NCBI GenBank assembly: GCA_965205975.1 | Contig: OZ242195.1 | Location: forward strand, 5,024,001-5,088,000 | Length of the DNA stretch: 64,000 nt | Direction: 5' to 3' | DNA from: Candidatus Latescibacterota bacterium | GTDB lineage: Bacteria; Latescibacterota; UBA2968 | Shown: piece by piece, positions 1 through 10,703 of the stretch | How positions within the stretch are numbered: position 1 is the stretch's first letter | Layout: every line of letters starts with the position of its first letter | Notes under the pieces: model-generated | The model's input: only the letters and a program-made list of their open reading frames with translations | What the model was told of the DNA's origin: nothing | Database searches by the model: none | Translations under genes and position numbers: made by a program

Positions 1-1
1 T

Positions 2-1123
2 TCCGAACTTCGTACCGCGCTGGTTGAACAGGGCATGATGGATGAGCGCGAAGTGACCCGCAAACTGAACCTCAAAGACCCGTTCAAGCAGACCGATTTC
101 TACAAATATGGTGTGGTCTGGCTCAATGACCGTCTTCCTAAAAATTATCAGAGGGTACAATCTTTTGAAGATTTAGGCGTGACGATGCAAAACTACGTTC
201 ATACCATCGCCGCAGGTCACGGCGGCACACAAACAGTTTTGGCAAGCGAACATCAGGGCGCAATTGTAAAAGACGAAAACCGTCGGGATATGAAGGTTAA
301 AGACATCGGGCGGAACATTGTTCAATCTGCTATTGCACGCAATCCGTTCTTTACATTCGCGTCCCTCAGACGCTATTTCCCCAATATAGCATCTATCCGA
401 GAATTCATTAGTTCTGAAAATTATCTTGGGGGCTTGGAGATCACCTTTGAAGGCCAGGTGTCTGCGCTGCAAGACAACCGTGCTGAACAACGCGAAGCAG
501 TGTGTGGTCTGTTGCACCAAATTGAATCCGAAATACGCCAACAAATTACCGAATACGAAGGCTCGCGAGATTTCAGGCGCGATAGGGTGCATAAAATCTT
601 CAAGGATAAAGTGTTAAAATTTGATGTTCAAAATCCGCAGGCTGAAGAGGACGCGCAATTCGCGCATTTCGTATCTTCCAAAGAGTGGTTTGCGTTCAAT
701 ACGGTTTACGGCACAAGCGAAGAAAAGGCATTTGTGCGAATGCTCGACCGCCAGATGGTCACGCTAACAGAAGATTACGACGAGATATATCTGTTGCGAA
801 ACGAGAGGCATTTCAAAATTTACAATTTTGACGATGGACAGGCATTTGAGCCAGATTTTGTTCTGTTCCTGCGCGAACAAGATGGAAACATGCTTACCTA
901 TCAGATGTTTATTGAATCCAAAGGGAAGCATCTGAAAGAGAGTGACCGTTGGAAGGAAATCTTCTTACAGGAGATCACTTCTGAGTTTGACTGCCAAACC
1001 TTGACGTTTGAGGACGAGAAATACCGTTTGATAGGCGTGCCGTTTTACAACAACGAAGATGAAAATAAGTTTAAGGACAGCCTGTATCAGGCATTAAAAA
1101 TAAATGACCACGAGCCAATATAG
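2..1123 (+). CDS. Type III restriction enzyme Res subunit, C-terminal part (5'-truncated by window edge)
   Basis: Frame is open from position 2 (SELRTALVEQGMM...). C-terminal PD-(D/E)xK nuclease pattern FEPDFVLFL...YQMFIESKGKHL..DRWKE and FAFNTVYGTSEEKAF, typical of type III Res endonuclease domains. Confidence 0.8.
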   Translation, partial: SELRTALVEQGMMDEREVTRKLNLKDPFKQTDFYKYGVVWLNDRLPKNYQRVQSFEDLGVTMQNYVHTIAAGHGGTQTVLASEHQGAIVKDENRRDMKVKDIGRNIVQSAIARNPFFTFASLRRYFPNIASIREFISSENYLGGLEITFEGQVSALQDNRAEQREAVCGLLHQIESEIRQQITEYEGSRDFRRDRVHKIFKDKVLKFDVQNPQAEEDAQFAHFVSSKEWFAFNTVYGTSEEKAFVRMLDRQMVTLTEDYDEIYLLRNERHFKIYNFDDGQAFEPDFVLFLREQDGNMLTYQMFIESKGKHLKESDRWKEIFLQEITSEFDCQTLTFEDEKYRLIGVPFYNNEDENKFKDSLYQALKINDHEPI

Positions 1124-1140
1124 GAACGATGGTATAGAAT

Positions 1141-2709
1141 TTACTTCAGCGCGTTCATGTTATTCTCGGGCCTGGTATAGTCGATAAACTCGGTCGGATT
1201 TGTTCCATTGAGGTATTCCTCAATGTTGGTGTATCCGTCGTTGTCCTTGTCCTTTGAGGTGTTGGCAGCGTCATGCGGATCAAACCCATATCTCTTTTCC
1301 CATTCGTCTGGCATACCGTCCGCATCACTGTCAAGCGGGGCAGGCAGACTTTTGAGTTCGGGCCACCCACCAACATCTGTCTGTGAATCAATAATACCGC
1401 ATTTTTTTGATTCATCAGGCACGCGGTTATTCTTCTCGTATGTTCCGCCTTCATAAGTGGCATAGCCATTACGGGTTTCGTCAATAATGCGTGTATCCAC
1501 TGCATCGCGTTTGGGCAGTGAGGCACCTGCATTCTCAAGAACAGCGTGATAGGCATCTTCAGCCGTTTGCTGGTTGATAGGTATAGCGTCAAAAGGTTGG
1601 TCGAGTTTTAATTTTGGAATATGTGAACTACCGCCATGAGGCTGCACACCACCGTCCCAGTTATTGGCTGTAACTGCTGTGTTTCCATAAACAACGTTAT
1701 CGGCAACATACCATTTGCCGAAATCATTAGCTGAATTACGTGAATACGGATTGACAATTCGGTGTGTCACCTCACCCGAACGGGTTGCAGGTCCCGGCTT
1801 GTAGTAATTGGCTACCATGTTGACTACGGTAAAGTTAAACTTCTCATTGCCTGTCTGTTGTTTTTCACCACCATAGGCACTGTTATAACCCCAGTTGTAC
1901 ACCACGTTGTTTCTGAAATCGTTATATCCGCAACCAGAAGCAAAACGCGGATTCCGGCTGGTGTGGTGCGCCAGCAGGTTGTGATGATACGTGCTGCGGT
2001 TTGATCCCCATATTCCTCCGAACCCATGGGTGCCTTTAACATGGCCAGCATCGTACAAACTTTCGGATATCAGACACCATTGAATGGTTACATTTTCGCA
2101 ATGGTAAATAGACACCGTTTCATCAATACTCCAACTCGCCGACACATGATCAAGGATAATGTTCTTGTGATACCTGCCGGATATGGCATCTGAATCATCG
2201 CCGGTTTCATCTCCCAATCTTACCCTTATATACCTGATAATAACTTCGCTGGTATTAATTGAGAGCGGATATCTCCTGATGCAAATCCCATCACCTGGGG
2301 CGGTTTGTCCGGCGATGGTGATGTACGGGTTGGAGATGGTCAAACGCTTTTCAAGAGTAATCGTTCCAGAGACCTCGAACACAACGATGCGTGGTCCTTC
2401 AGTTTCGCAGGCATGGCGCAAGCTGCCTGGTCCGGAGTCGTTCAGGTTCGTTACAATGATGACTTTTCCACCCCTACCGCCGCGCGTCATTGCGCCATAA
2501 CCTTCGGCACCCGGAAATGCTGGAATAGATGGAATATCTTCTGCATATACATTCGGAATCAGTGCGAGAATACCAATACACATAAAAAGCAAATAGATGT
2601 GCAGAAGTATCGGCTGGCAAACATAGATTCGGTGATTGGTGTCAACAGGGATGTGAAATGTATCTAACGTGAGTTCCGTAGTTGAGGGATTACGTTCTAT
2701 GACAGACAT
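1141..2709 (-). CDS. Secreted pectate lyase (PL1-like beta-helix) with C-terminal Ca-binding DxDxDG repeats
   Basis: PAFPGAEGYG..TRGGRGGKV, GPGSLR, IAGQTAPGDG, IILDHVSASWSIDET, RNPRF; tail DSDADGMPDEWE...DKDNDGYTNIEEYLNG; hydrophobic signal ending NVYA; SD AAGGAG before ATG. Confidence 0.85.
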   Translation of the reverse strand: MSVIERNPSTTELTLDTFHIPVDTNHRIYVCQPILLHIYLLFMCIGILALIPNVYAEDIPSIPAFPGAEGYGAMTRGGRGGKVIIVTNLNDSGPGSLRHACETEGPRIVVFEVSGTITLEKRLTISNPYITIAGQTAPGDGICIRRYPLSINTSEVIIRYIRVRLGDETGDDSDAISGRYHKNIILDHVSASWSIDETVSIYHCENVTIQWCLISESLYDAGHVKGTHGFGGIWGSNRSTYHHNLLAHHTSRNPRFASGCGYNDFRNNVVYNWGYNSAYGGEKQQTGNEKFNFTVVNMVANYYKPGPATRSGEVTHRIVNPYSRNSANDFGKWYVADNVVYGNTAVTANNWDGGVQPHGGSSHIPKLKLDQPFDAIPINQQTAEDAYHAVLENAGASLPKRDAVDTRIIDETRNGYATYEGGTYEKNNRVPDESKKCGIIDSQTDVGGWPELKSLPAPLDSDADGMPDEWEKRYGFDPHDAANTSKDKDNDGYTNIEEYLNGTNPTEFIDYTRPENNMNALK

Positions 2710-2781
2710 GATGCTCCTTTATGATTTTGTTTGTTGGTACAAATCCGGATTTTTATACCTTTTTACGAAGTATGATAACTC

Positions 2782-4140
2782 TTAACCGCGCAACCAGGCT
2801 CCTTCTGTGAATCTCTCGCCTAACCGACGGCTAAGTTTTGTTGCGATATCCGGATTTTCACGGGCGATATTGTTCAGTTCATTTGGATCGTTTTCCAGGT
2901 CATAAAGCTCATTGATATCGTTTTGGTTTTCGACCAGTTTGTGTGTTTTGGTGCGGATCAATCTGAAACGACCAATTTGGCTGACCGATTCTGTGCGGTG
3001 ATCATTCGTCTCGCCTCTCAAGACGGGTCCCAGTGACTTTGCGTCGATATTTTCCTGTGGTGGCAACCCGGCCCATTCGCAGATTGTCGCGTTGGTGTCG
3101 ATTAGTTCTACGGGTTCTGCCGATACCCTGCCCCCTTCAATACCAGGTCCAGCCACAATAAGCGGCACGCGCAACGAAGCCTCATAGGGTACGCTCTTGC
3201 CGTAAAGCCCGTGGTCGCCGAGCATTTCACCGTGGTCGCTGGCAAAGATAATGTAAGTGTTGTCCATCATGCCCCGCTTTTCAACCGCGTCTAATATTTC
3301 GCCAATCTGAGCGTCAATCAGTTCGATATACGCACAATATTGCCGTCGCGTCTCCAGGATCTCAGCCCCGGTCAGACCTTTTCTGCTATTTTCAACATTT
3401 CTGGGTTTACCTTTACTTGTTGCGGGAATCGGAACTGGCATTTCAGCATTGCGATATCGATCTGCATATTCGGTCGGGGGATCAAATGGGCTGTGTGGTC
3501 CCACAAAACTCACGAATAAATGCCAGGGGAAATCGTCTGGTATATCTTTGATCCACTGTACAGATCGCTGTCCGATGTACGTATCTGCAAATGCTTCGGT
3601 CGGCAGTACCGAATCGTGACATGAGGCGGGACCACTGCGCGCTGAATAATCATCGACAAATGCATTGAGTAGTCCTTTTTCTTTTAAAAAATGATTGTAG
3701 GGTCCCTGGGGAATTCTGCCCCTGCCCGCGTGGCTTTTGCCTTCAACTTCAACGGGATGCGTAAACCCCCACATATACGTAGCTGGTCTGTTGCCATCGC
3801 GTCCATTGTACCCATCGGGTTTTGCCAGATCCAGTTTGCCCACGCAGCCTACGTAGTAATTGTGATCGCGTAGCCGTTGGTAATACGTTGTGGCTGTGCG
3901 TGGCAGAAAATTGTTGTTGCCAAGTGCCCCCAGACGAACGGGTTGTAGGCCGGATGCGACCGCAATGCGAGATGGCGCGCAAACCGGGCAATTTGTCGTG
4001 CATTGTGTAAATTGAATGCCGCGCTCTGCCAGCCGGTCCAGATTGGGTGTTTTGACAAAATCAGCACCCATTGATCCCAGATAGTCCCATCGGTGTTGGT
4101 CGTCCATGATGTAAAGAATATTTGGTCGATTCTGAGACAT
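2782..4140 (-). CDS. Formylglycine-dependent sulfatase (Cys-type)
   Basis: RPNILYIMDDQHR, CAPSR (CxPxR), SDHGEMLGDHG, ELYDLENDPNELNN. Start moved to ATG 4140, which has an AGGAGA SD. Confidence 0.9.
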   Translation of the reverse strand: MSQNRPNILYIMDDQHRWDYLGSMGADFVKTPNLDRLAERGIQFTQCTTNCPVCAPSRIAVASGLQPVRLGALGNNNFLPRTATTYYQRLRDHNYYVGCVGKLDLAKPDGYNGRDGNRPATYMWGFTHPVEVEGKSHAGRGRIPQGPYNHFLKEKGLLNAFVDDYSARSGPASCHDSVLPTEAFADTYIGQRSVQWIKDIPDDFPWHLFVSFVGPHSPFDPPTEYADRYRNAEMPVPIPATSKGKPRNVENSRKGLTGAEILETRRQYCAYIELIDAQIGEILDAVEKRGMMDNTYIIFASDHGEMLGDHGLYGKSVPYEASLRVPLIVAGPGIEGGRVSAEPVELIDTNATICEWAGLPPQENIDAKSLGPVLRGETNDHRTESVSQIGRFRLIRTKTHKLVENQNDINELYDLENDPNELNNIARENPDIATKLSRRLGERFTEGAWLRG

Positions 4141-4269
4141 AGGTTCTCCTTTGGTATTGAGAGATTGACTTAATGATTTGATTTTTAGATTGTTTTCAGA
4201 TACTATGTCCATTGGCTTTGTTATGATACAAAAATTTTATGTTTGCGTAAACAGCGTATCAACTCTTAT

Positions 4270-4947
4270 ATGACATCCCTAATCGTTTTTGTCAAAAATC
4301 CAATTCCCGGTGCGGTTAAGACCCGCTTGCAGACGCGCTATGCTCCCGATCAGATTGCAGCCCTGTACACTGCGTTTGTGCGCGATGTGCTGGCGCGGGT
4401 CGAAAGTATTGATGTTGATCGACGGGTGATCGCTTTTGATCCGCCCGATGCAGAGTCCGAGGTCCGCGCACTTTTTGGTGGTGGGAAGGCTCAATGGCAG
4501 TTCGTTCCCCAGATGCAGGATGATCTCGGTGTTCGCATGTGCGAAGCTCTTGTTCAAGAACTCGACGCTGGTGCATCAGCAGCCGTTCTTATTGGTACGG
4601 ATATCCCCTCTCTTCCAGCCCACCATATTACACAGGCATTCGATTTGCTGCGTGCCAAGGATGTTGTTTTAGGTCCGAGTACAGATGGCGGATACTATCT
4701 CGTTGGCGTTTCAAAATACACACCGGAAATTTTTGAGAATGTGGAATGGAGTACGCCCAGTGTTTTGTCGCAGACTATTGACCGCGTTCAGCGCGCGGGG
4801 AATACGCTCGGTCTCGTTCCGCCCTGGTTTGACGTGGATACGCCCGAGGAGCTCGATCTTCTTCTCGCCCATGCGCGTGCGACAAAACTCGCTACGGGCA
4901 TAGATCCCCTACCGTACACGCATGCCTGCTTGTCGAACTTGACTTGA
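4270..4947 (+). CDS. DUF2064 / TIGR04282-type glycosyltransferase (CofC-like nucleotidyltransferase fold)
   Basis: LIVFVKNPIPGAVKTRL, Q..DLG.RM, LIGTDIP, VVLGPSTDGGYYLVG, WFDVDTPEEL. Confidence 0.85.
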   Translation: MTSLIVFVKNPIPGAVKTRLQTRYAPDQIAALYTAFVRDVLARVESIDVDRRVIAFDPPDAESEVRALFGGGKAQWQFVPQMQDDLGVRMCEALVQELDAGASAAVLIGTDIPSLPAHHITQAFDLLRAKDVVLGPSTDGGYYLVGVSKYTPEIFENVEWSTPSVLSQTIDRVQRAGNTLGLVPPWFDVDTPEELDLLLAHARATKLATGIDPLPYTHACLSNLT

Positions 4948-4999
4948 TCTTTTTGGGCGCGTATCTTGCGAAGTCATCATTTCGAGATAGGAGTTCTCA

Positions 5000-5968
5000 A
5001 TGGTTATTCGCTATATTCTCGCGCTTTTCTTTGCTTTTTCTTGTCTGCACCCCGCAATTGCTCAGGAGCGCTACAAATTTGCTTTTGTCACGCATGGTGG
5101 GCCGGGAAATCCTTTCTGGAATGTGGTGATTAAGGGTATGGAAGATGCGGCCAAGCGTTATGATGTCGATGTGCAATGGTTGAGTAATCCCACATTTTCA
5201 ATCGCGGATATGCCCAATTTTCTCGATGACGCTATTGCAAACAAGGTCAATGGCATTGGTATTACGTGCCCGGATCCCGAAGCCATTCGAGAGAGCGTTG
5301 AGCGCGCACACGCGGCGGGTATTCCCATTATTGTGCTCAATACGGCGGATCCCAACGCGGGGGGAGATCATGCACTGCCCACGCAATTTTACGTGGGTGC
5401 CAGCGAGTATCTCGGCGGTCAATCCAATGCAAGAGCTATTCTCGCCGAGGCGGAAAAGCGCGGTGTCTCGATTCAACGCGCGATATGTCCTATACAGGAA
5501 CTCGGGCACAGTGGTCTCGAAGCGCGATTTGCCGGATTTTCGAGTATTTTTGAGGAGAGAGGCATTGTGGTTGATGGCTTGACCATATCTAATGATGTCG
5601 AGCAGTCTGCGGGCTTGTTGCGCGACTATTTTCTCGGGCATCCCGAAACCAATGCCATCGCTACCCTGGGACCCCTGCCAGCGGATGCTTTTTATCTTTT
5701 TGTTGAGGAAGAGGGGAAAGAGGCCAGCGAAATTTTGCATGTTACCCACGATACGAGTACGTCTATATTTGATCATATTCGGAGGGGATATACGGTTCAG
5801 GCTGTCGATCAACAGCCCTATTTGCAGGGTTATCTGACAGTTTCTTTTCTTTATTTGAATAATGCTTACGGTCTCACTCTCGCACAGGATGTGCTTACAG
5901 GTCCGTTCGCCATCAATGCAACAAATGTTGATCGCATTGCCAGATTAGTGGCCGCAGGTTATAGATAG
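5000..5968 (+). CDS. Sugar ABC transporter substrate-binding protein (periplasmic binding protein type I)
   Basis: Signal peptide ending AIA-Q; FVTHGGPGNPFWNVV, VDQQPYLQGY; adjacent to permease and ATPase. Confidence 0.9.
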   Translation: MVIRYILALFFAFSCLHPAIAQERYKFAFVTHGGPGNPFWNVVIKGMEDAAKRYDVDVQWLSNPTFSIADMPNFLDDAIANKVNGIGITCPDPEAIRESVERAHAAGIPIIVLNTADPNAGGDHALPTQFYVGASEYLGGQSNARAILAEAEKRGVSIQRAICPIQELGHSGLEARFAGFSSIFEERGIVVDGLTISNDVEQSAGLLRDYFLGHPETNAIATLGPLPADAFYLFVEEEGKEASEILHVTHDTSTSIFDHIRRGYTVQAVDQQPYLQGYLTVSFLYLNNAYGLTLAQDVLTGPFAINATNVDRIARLVAAGYR

Positions 5969-5976
5969 GATTTCTG

Positions 5977-7155
5977 TTGAAGCCTTATGACGCCATTCGC
6001 ACCCGCCTTGCGCGCTCTCCAGAAGCTGGCGCTGCAGCGGGTTTCTCTGTTATATTTTTGGTTTTTGCACTCGCCACGCCAGATACATTTCTCTCCCATA
6101 GCGCGATTTCATCCATTCTCAATAGTCAGGCCGTTCCAGGCATCCTCGCTATTGGTATTACGCTTTTGATGATTTCTGGAGAGTTTGACCTTTCAGTTGG
6201 TTCTATTCTGGGGGTGTCTTCTCTCGCGTTTCTCTATGCAACCGTAAATGGTGTACCTGTTTTGCTCGCGACAGCTATTGGATTAATCATCGGTTGCCTG
6301 CTCGGTCTGATCAATGGCTTGCTTCTCGTATCGACGGGTATTCCTTCCTTTATTATTACGTTGGGAACGATGCTCGCGTATCGCGCCATTCCTCTTACGG
6401 CTATTTCCGGTGGGCGCATTATTCGATATGCGGACTATTCGCGCGAGTCTCCGGTTCTCGAAGTGCCCGGCCTTGTGGTTTTTATTTTGACGCTTGCACT
6501 TTTTTTTCTTGTTCTGTGGATAGCGCGGGATATCTGGCGGGCGAGAAATCAATCCATAAAGTCCAAAGTCCTGGTTGCTGTTGCGCTTCTTTTATTTGCT
6601 TATTTCGTCTTCGAGGCACTTGTATCCCATCCTTTGATACCGGTTAAAATTGATTTTTTTTATGTACTCAACGGGCGCATTGGGACGGGTAATTATCGCA
6701 CCAGCATTCTGTGGTGGATAGGGCTTACTTCAGTTTTTGCAATCATGTTGAGTCAAACGCGTTTTGGGAACGCTGTTTTTGCCACCGGAGGCAATGCCCA
6801 GGCGGCGCGTTTGCAGGGTATTCGTATTGATCGCGTGCGCGTGACCAATTTTGTCATTTCGGGATTTCTCGCCGCGCTTGCAGGTATTATTCAGGTCGCA
6901 CGTCTTAAGAGCGTTGATCCATTGCGCGGTACGGGGTTGGAGCTTGAGGTTATCGCCGCGGTTGTTATTGGCGGGACGCTACTTACAGGGGGTTATGGCA
7001 GTCTGATTGGTTCGGCTATTGGCACTGCGCTGACGGGCATGTTGCGTACGGGGCTTGTTCTCATGCAAGTTCCCTCCAATGCTTTTAGGGGGGCTATTGG
7101 CGCTATTATGATCGCGGCTGTTGTGATTAATAATTTTGTGCGGAAAGAACGCTGA
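5977..7155 (+). CDS. Sugar ABC transporter permease (RbsC/BPD_transp_2 family)
   Basis: ISGEFDLSVGS, GIPSFIITLG, TRFGNAVFATGGN..AARLQGI, GLELEVIAAVVIGGT.L.GG.GS. Confidence 0.92.
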   Translation: MKPYDAIRTRLARSPEAGAAAGFSVIFLVFALATPDTFLSHSAISSILNSQAVPGILAIGITLLMISGEFDLSVGSILGVSSLAFLYATVNGVPVLLATAIGLIIGCLLGLINGLLLVSTGIPSFIITLGTMLAYRAIPLTAISGGRIIRYADYSRESPVLEVPGLVVFILTLALFFLVLWIARDIWRARNQSIKSKVLVAVALLLFAYFVFEALVSHPLIPVKIDFFYVLNGRIGTGNYRTSILWWIGLTSVFAIMLSQTRFGNAVFATGGNAQAARLQGIRIDRVRVTNFVISGFLAALAGIIQVARLKSVDPLRGTGLELEVIAAVVIGGTLLTGGYGSLIGSAIGTALTGMLRTGLVLMQVPSNAFRGAIGAIMIAAVVINNFVRKER

Positions 7156-7163
7156 GGCTATGT

Positions 7164-7913
7164 TTGGTTTTACTTGAGCTAAAAAATATCGGTCGCCGCT
7201 TTGGGCATATTGTCGCGCTGAAAGGCATTGATTTCACGCTTGAGGATGGTGAAGTTCTCGCGCTTTTAGGCGATAATGGGGCGGGCAAATCTACGCTGAT
7301 TAAGGTGATTACGGGTGTTTATCCGCCCAGTGAAGGCGATATGTATTTTGAGGACGAGGTCATTCGATTTAACTCGCCACAGGATGCCCGCGATCTGGGG
7401 ATTGAAACCGTTTATCAGGATCTCGCGCTCGTGTCGAGCATGAGTATTGCGCGCAATTTTTATCTGGGGAGAGAACTCGTCAAGCAGGTCGGTCCGTTCA
7501 CGCTTTGCGACCAGGTAGCGATGGATACAGGTGCGGCTTCGGCACTGGGTGAGATAGGTATTCACATCCGCAATGCCGGTGAATCCGTTGCCCGTTTGTC
7601 CGGTGGCGAGCGACAATCGATTGCCATAGCCCGCGCCCTTCACTTTGGGTCTCGCGTGCTTATTCTCGATGAACCGACTTCTGCTCTTTCCGTTGGCGAA
7701 ACGCGCAAGGTGCTCGGCTATGTTACGGCTGCTAAAGAAAAAGGTTTAGGTGTTATTTTTATTACCCATAATATTTCCCATGTGTTTGAAGTTGCCGATC
7801 GGACAACTATTCTCAGTCACGGCGAAAAGGTCGGCGATTTCCCGATCTGTGATGTCACACAGGACGATGTCGCAGCTATGGTGATGGGACAGGGTATTCC
7901 CGAACATCTTTAG
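7164..7913 (+). CDS. Sugar ABC transporter ATP-binding protein (single domain)
   Basis: Walker A GDNGAGKS, signature LSGGERQ, Walker B LILDEPT, H-loop ITHN. Confidence 0.95.
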   Translation: MVLLELKNIGRRFGHIVALKGIDFTLEDGEVLALLGDNGAGKSTLIKVITGVYPPSEGDMYFEDEVIRFNSPQDARDLGIETVYQDLALVSSMSIARNFYLGRELVKQVGPFTLCDQVAMDTGAASALGEIGIHIRNAGESVARLSGGERQSIAIARALHFGSRVLILDEPTSALSVGETRKVLGYVTAAKEKGLGVIFITHNISHVFEVADRTTILSHGEKVGDFPICDVTQDDVAAMVMGQGIPEHL

Positions 7914-7985
7914 ACGAATAGACGACTCCCCCTAACCCCCAGCCTTCAACCCCTTTTTTATGACTGCTTTTAATTTTTAATTCCC

Positions 7986-9368
7986 ATGTCCAAACCACTC
8001 GAAACGACAATAGAATCCACCGGGCGCAAAGTCGATTTTTCGCTTACCCGCAAAATTCTCTGGATGACCATTCCGGTCGCTCTGGGAGGCCAGATCGAGA
8101 GCGTTGTACTGATGGTTCAACTCATTTTTATCGGGATGCTCGGTCCGGCCGCCCTTTCTGCGGTAGGTATTGCCCAGGTGTTTACGCGCGTGCTCTTTAC
8201 CGCGATGATGTCTATTTCGAGGGGCGCGCTGACGATGGTCGCACAGGCGATTGGCGCAGACTCTATGCGCGAAGCCAGTGCAGCGGCGAAGCAGGCGTTT
8301 TCTCTGCTTTTTTTATTTAGTATTGCTTTTGGCCTGGGCAGTTTGGCTCTTTCGCCTTTTTTGATTCCGATGATGACCTCTGATCCGAAGGTAGCAGCTA
8401 TGGGAACGCCATATTTGCAGGTCTTTTTTATCGGTGTTCCTTTTATGACGCTGAATCGCGCTATTGCGAGTTGCTTTCAGGGTGCTGGGGATACGCGCAC
8501 GCCTTTTTATCTGAGTTTTATCAGTAGTAGCATTCAAATTGTAATGTGTTATCTTCTCATCTTTGGTTACTGGGGATTGCCGGCATTGGGCGTTGTAGGG
8601 GCTGCTGTTGCCGGTCTTTTGGGGCGCAGTACGGCAACCTTGATAGGACTTGGGTGTCTTTATAGCGGGCGTTTTGCGCTCACGCTTTTGCCCGATACGT
8701 CCTACCGGTTTGATTGGGGAGTTGCGCGTCGCATTCTCAAAATTGGCGTGCCTTCCGGGCTTCAGGGGATTTTGCGCAATGGCTCAGGTGTGGTTTATCT
8801 CAAATTTATTGCAATGTCCTCATTATCTACAACTGCTGTTGCGGCGTATGCGATTGGGAATCAGTTGGAACACATTTTGCGGCGAACCGGGCTGTCTTTT
8901 GGTACGGTTGCAACGGCTATGGTGGGGCAGCATTTGGGGGCGAAAGAGCCCGAAGGTGCAGAGCGCCACGGTTGGACTATTCTCTTTATTTCTGTTGTGA
9001 CCAATATCGCCTTGTCGCTGCCTGCCGTGCTTTTTGCGGAGTTTTTTATGTCGATATTTACCGATGCACAAGAGGTGATTGGCACGGGTATCATTTATCT
9101 TTACGCGATGGTTATTGCCGAACCATTTTTGTGTGCTGCCAATACGAGTAGCGGTAGTCTCAGAGGTGCTGGCGATACGATGCCTCCGATGTATTATACT
9201 CTGATTGCACAGTGGCTGGTTCGCCTACCAGTCGCTTATGTTCTGGGGTTTACTCTTGGATTTGATATTTACGGGATCTGGGCCGCGCTTATTGTTTATA
9301 GTATTGTACAGGGCGCGCTTACCGTTCGCAAATTCGCTCAGGGCCATTGGAAAAAGTACCAGATTTAA
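7986..9368 (+). CDS. MATE family efflux transporter
   Basis: About 12 TM helices; two repeats with QGAGDTRTP / RGAGDTMPP; GLPALGVVGAA; ILKIGVP. Confidence 0.9.
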   Translation: MSKPLETTIESTGRKVDFSLTRKILWMTIPVALGGQIESVVLMVQLIFIGMLGPAALSAVGIAQVFTRVLFTAMMSISRGALTMVAQAIGADSMREASAAAKQAFSLLFLFSIAFGLGSLALSPFLIPMMTSDPKVAAMGTPYLQVFFIGVPFMTLNRAIASCFQGAGDTRTPFYLSFISSSIQIVMCYLLIFGYWGLPALGVVGAAVAGLLGRSTATLIGLGCLYSGRFALTLLPDTSYRFDWGVARRILKIGVPSGLQGILRNGSGVVYLKFIAMSSLSTTAVAAYAIGNQLEHILRRTGLSFGTVATAMVGQHLGAKEPEGAERHGWTILFISVVTNIALSLPAVLFAEFFMSIFTDAQEVIGTGIIYLYAMVIAEPFLCAANTSSGSLRGAGDTMPPMYYTLIAQWLVRLPVAYVLGFTLGFDIYGIWAALIVYSIVQGALTVRKFAQGHWKKYQI

Positions 9369-9375
9369 TCGTTTA

Positions 9376-9404
9376 TAGACAATTGGTTGGTTTGGTGATA
9401 TAAT
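9376..9404 (+). promoter_or_regulatory. Sigma70-type promoter of czcCBA
   Basis: TAGACA (9376-81), 17 bp spacer, TATAAT (9399-404) with extended -10 TGn; SD AGGAGG ahead of the czcC start. Confidence 0.7.
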
Positions 9405-9446
9405 TAATTTTCCGGATTACTTTTGATTGTCACCACAGGAGGATGA

Positions 9447-10703
9447 TTGATGCTCAAACTATGTTATCGACACGCCTTCGTATTGTGTGGCCTGATATTG
9501 GTGTCCTGGACGACATTGGTCGCTGAGACAACGGTGCTGGGAGATGCCCGGGCCAGTGTCGCGTTAACGCGTTTTGTGCAAGCTGTTGTCGATTCCAATC
9601 CCCGTGTGCAGGCAGCACGCGCGGGTTTAGAAGCGAGCAGTGCGCTTAGAGATGCCGCGTCGCGTCCCCTCTACAATCCCGAATTGTCGCTGGATGCTGA
9701 GAATGCACAAGCCAGGATACGTACACTATCGTTTAGTCAAACGCTGGATTGGGGTGGCAAACGCAAGGCGCGTACCGCAGTGGCAGAATTAGACCGTCTC
9801 GTTGCCGAGGCGGAGTACTTGGATGCCCGATGGACGGTTGCGGTAGATTTGTTCAATGGTCTCGCGCTATATCAAACAGGCGTTGAACGCAGTCGTCTGG
9901 CCCAAACGCGGCAGCAGTTGATGGAGGAGTATGCGGCGTTGGCGAAGCGCCGGTTTGAGATCGGCGAGTTAGACCAGATGGAACTCGATCAGGCACTCCT
10001 TTCGTTGACAGAGGCGCGTATTCAAAAAGCAATGGCGGCCGCCGATTTGTCCGAGGTGCGGCAAGCGGTGTACAACCTTGTTTCGCGAACACCCGAGGCG
10101 CAGTGGCCTTCTCTTCCCGCAAAACTACCAGAGTTACCTGGGCAAAATGCTGATCCAAAGGTGCTGGTGCAGGCATTACCCGAGGTTGTAGCTGCACAGC
10201 ACCGGGTCAATATGGCTGATGCTGTGGTTGCACTGAGGCGACGCGAACGTCGTCCAGATCCAACCCTGAGCCTCACTGGAGGGTACGAAGATGGCGAAAG
10301 GCTAATCGGTTTGGGTCTGTCCATTCCGCTTCCGATCCGGAACCGCTTTGCACATGAGGTTACCGCGGCTATGGCGGAGCGTGATCAGGCCCAGAAACTT
10401 GCAGATGATACGGTACAAATGGCGCAGGCCTTTCTGGTTGGTGCGGCAGAGCGCTACGAGTTATCGCGCAGTGCCTGGGGCGAGTGGGAGCAGTTGGGGC
10501 GGAAAAGTCTGGACCGACAAAGCGAGGAACTGCGCCGACTCTGGCAGGCTGGGGATCTCAGTACAGCCGACTATTTGGCACAATTGGAGCAAACGATACA
10601 TGTGCGAGAAAGTGCCCTTGATCTGCACAGTCAGGTATGGCGTGCCTGGTTCGAATGGCTTCTCGCAGCGGGACAGGTAGATGCCTGGCTCGGTCTTAGA
10701 TGA
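9447..10703 (+). CDS. czcC: TolC-family outer membrane factor, CzcC-like
   Basis: Signal peptide; NPEL, SQTLDWGGKRKAR, PDPTLSL, GLSIPLP; first gene of an OMF-MFP-HME-RND triad. Confidence 0.8.
   Translation: MMLKLCYRHAFVLCGLILVSWTTLVAETTVLGDARASVALTRFVQAVVDSNPRVQAARAGLEASSALRDAASRPLYNPELSLDAENAQARIRTLSFSQTLDWGGKRKARTAVAELDRLVAEAEYLDARWTVAVDLFNGLALYQTGVERSRLAQTRQQLMEEYAALAKRRFEIGELDQMELDQALLSLTEARIQKAMAAADLSEVRQAVYNLVSRTPEAQWPSLPAKLPELPGQNADPKVLVQALPEVVAAQHRVNMADAVVALRRRERRPDPTLSLTGGYEDGERLIGLGLSIPLPIRNRFAHEVTAAMAERDQAQKLADDTVQMAQAFLVGAAERYELSRSAWGEWEQLGRKSLDRQSEELRRLWQAGDLSTADYLAQLEQTIHVRESALDLHSQVWRAWFEWLLAAGQVDAWLGLR

Noticed and set aside
7914..7985. C-rich low-complexity spacer (AGACGA x2, AACCCC x2)
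   Set aside because: Too short and degenerate to support a call.
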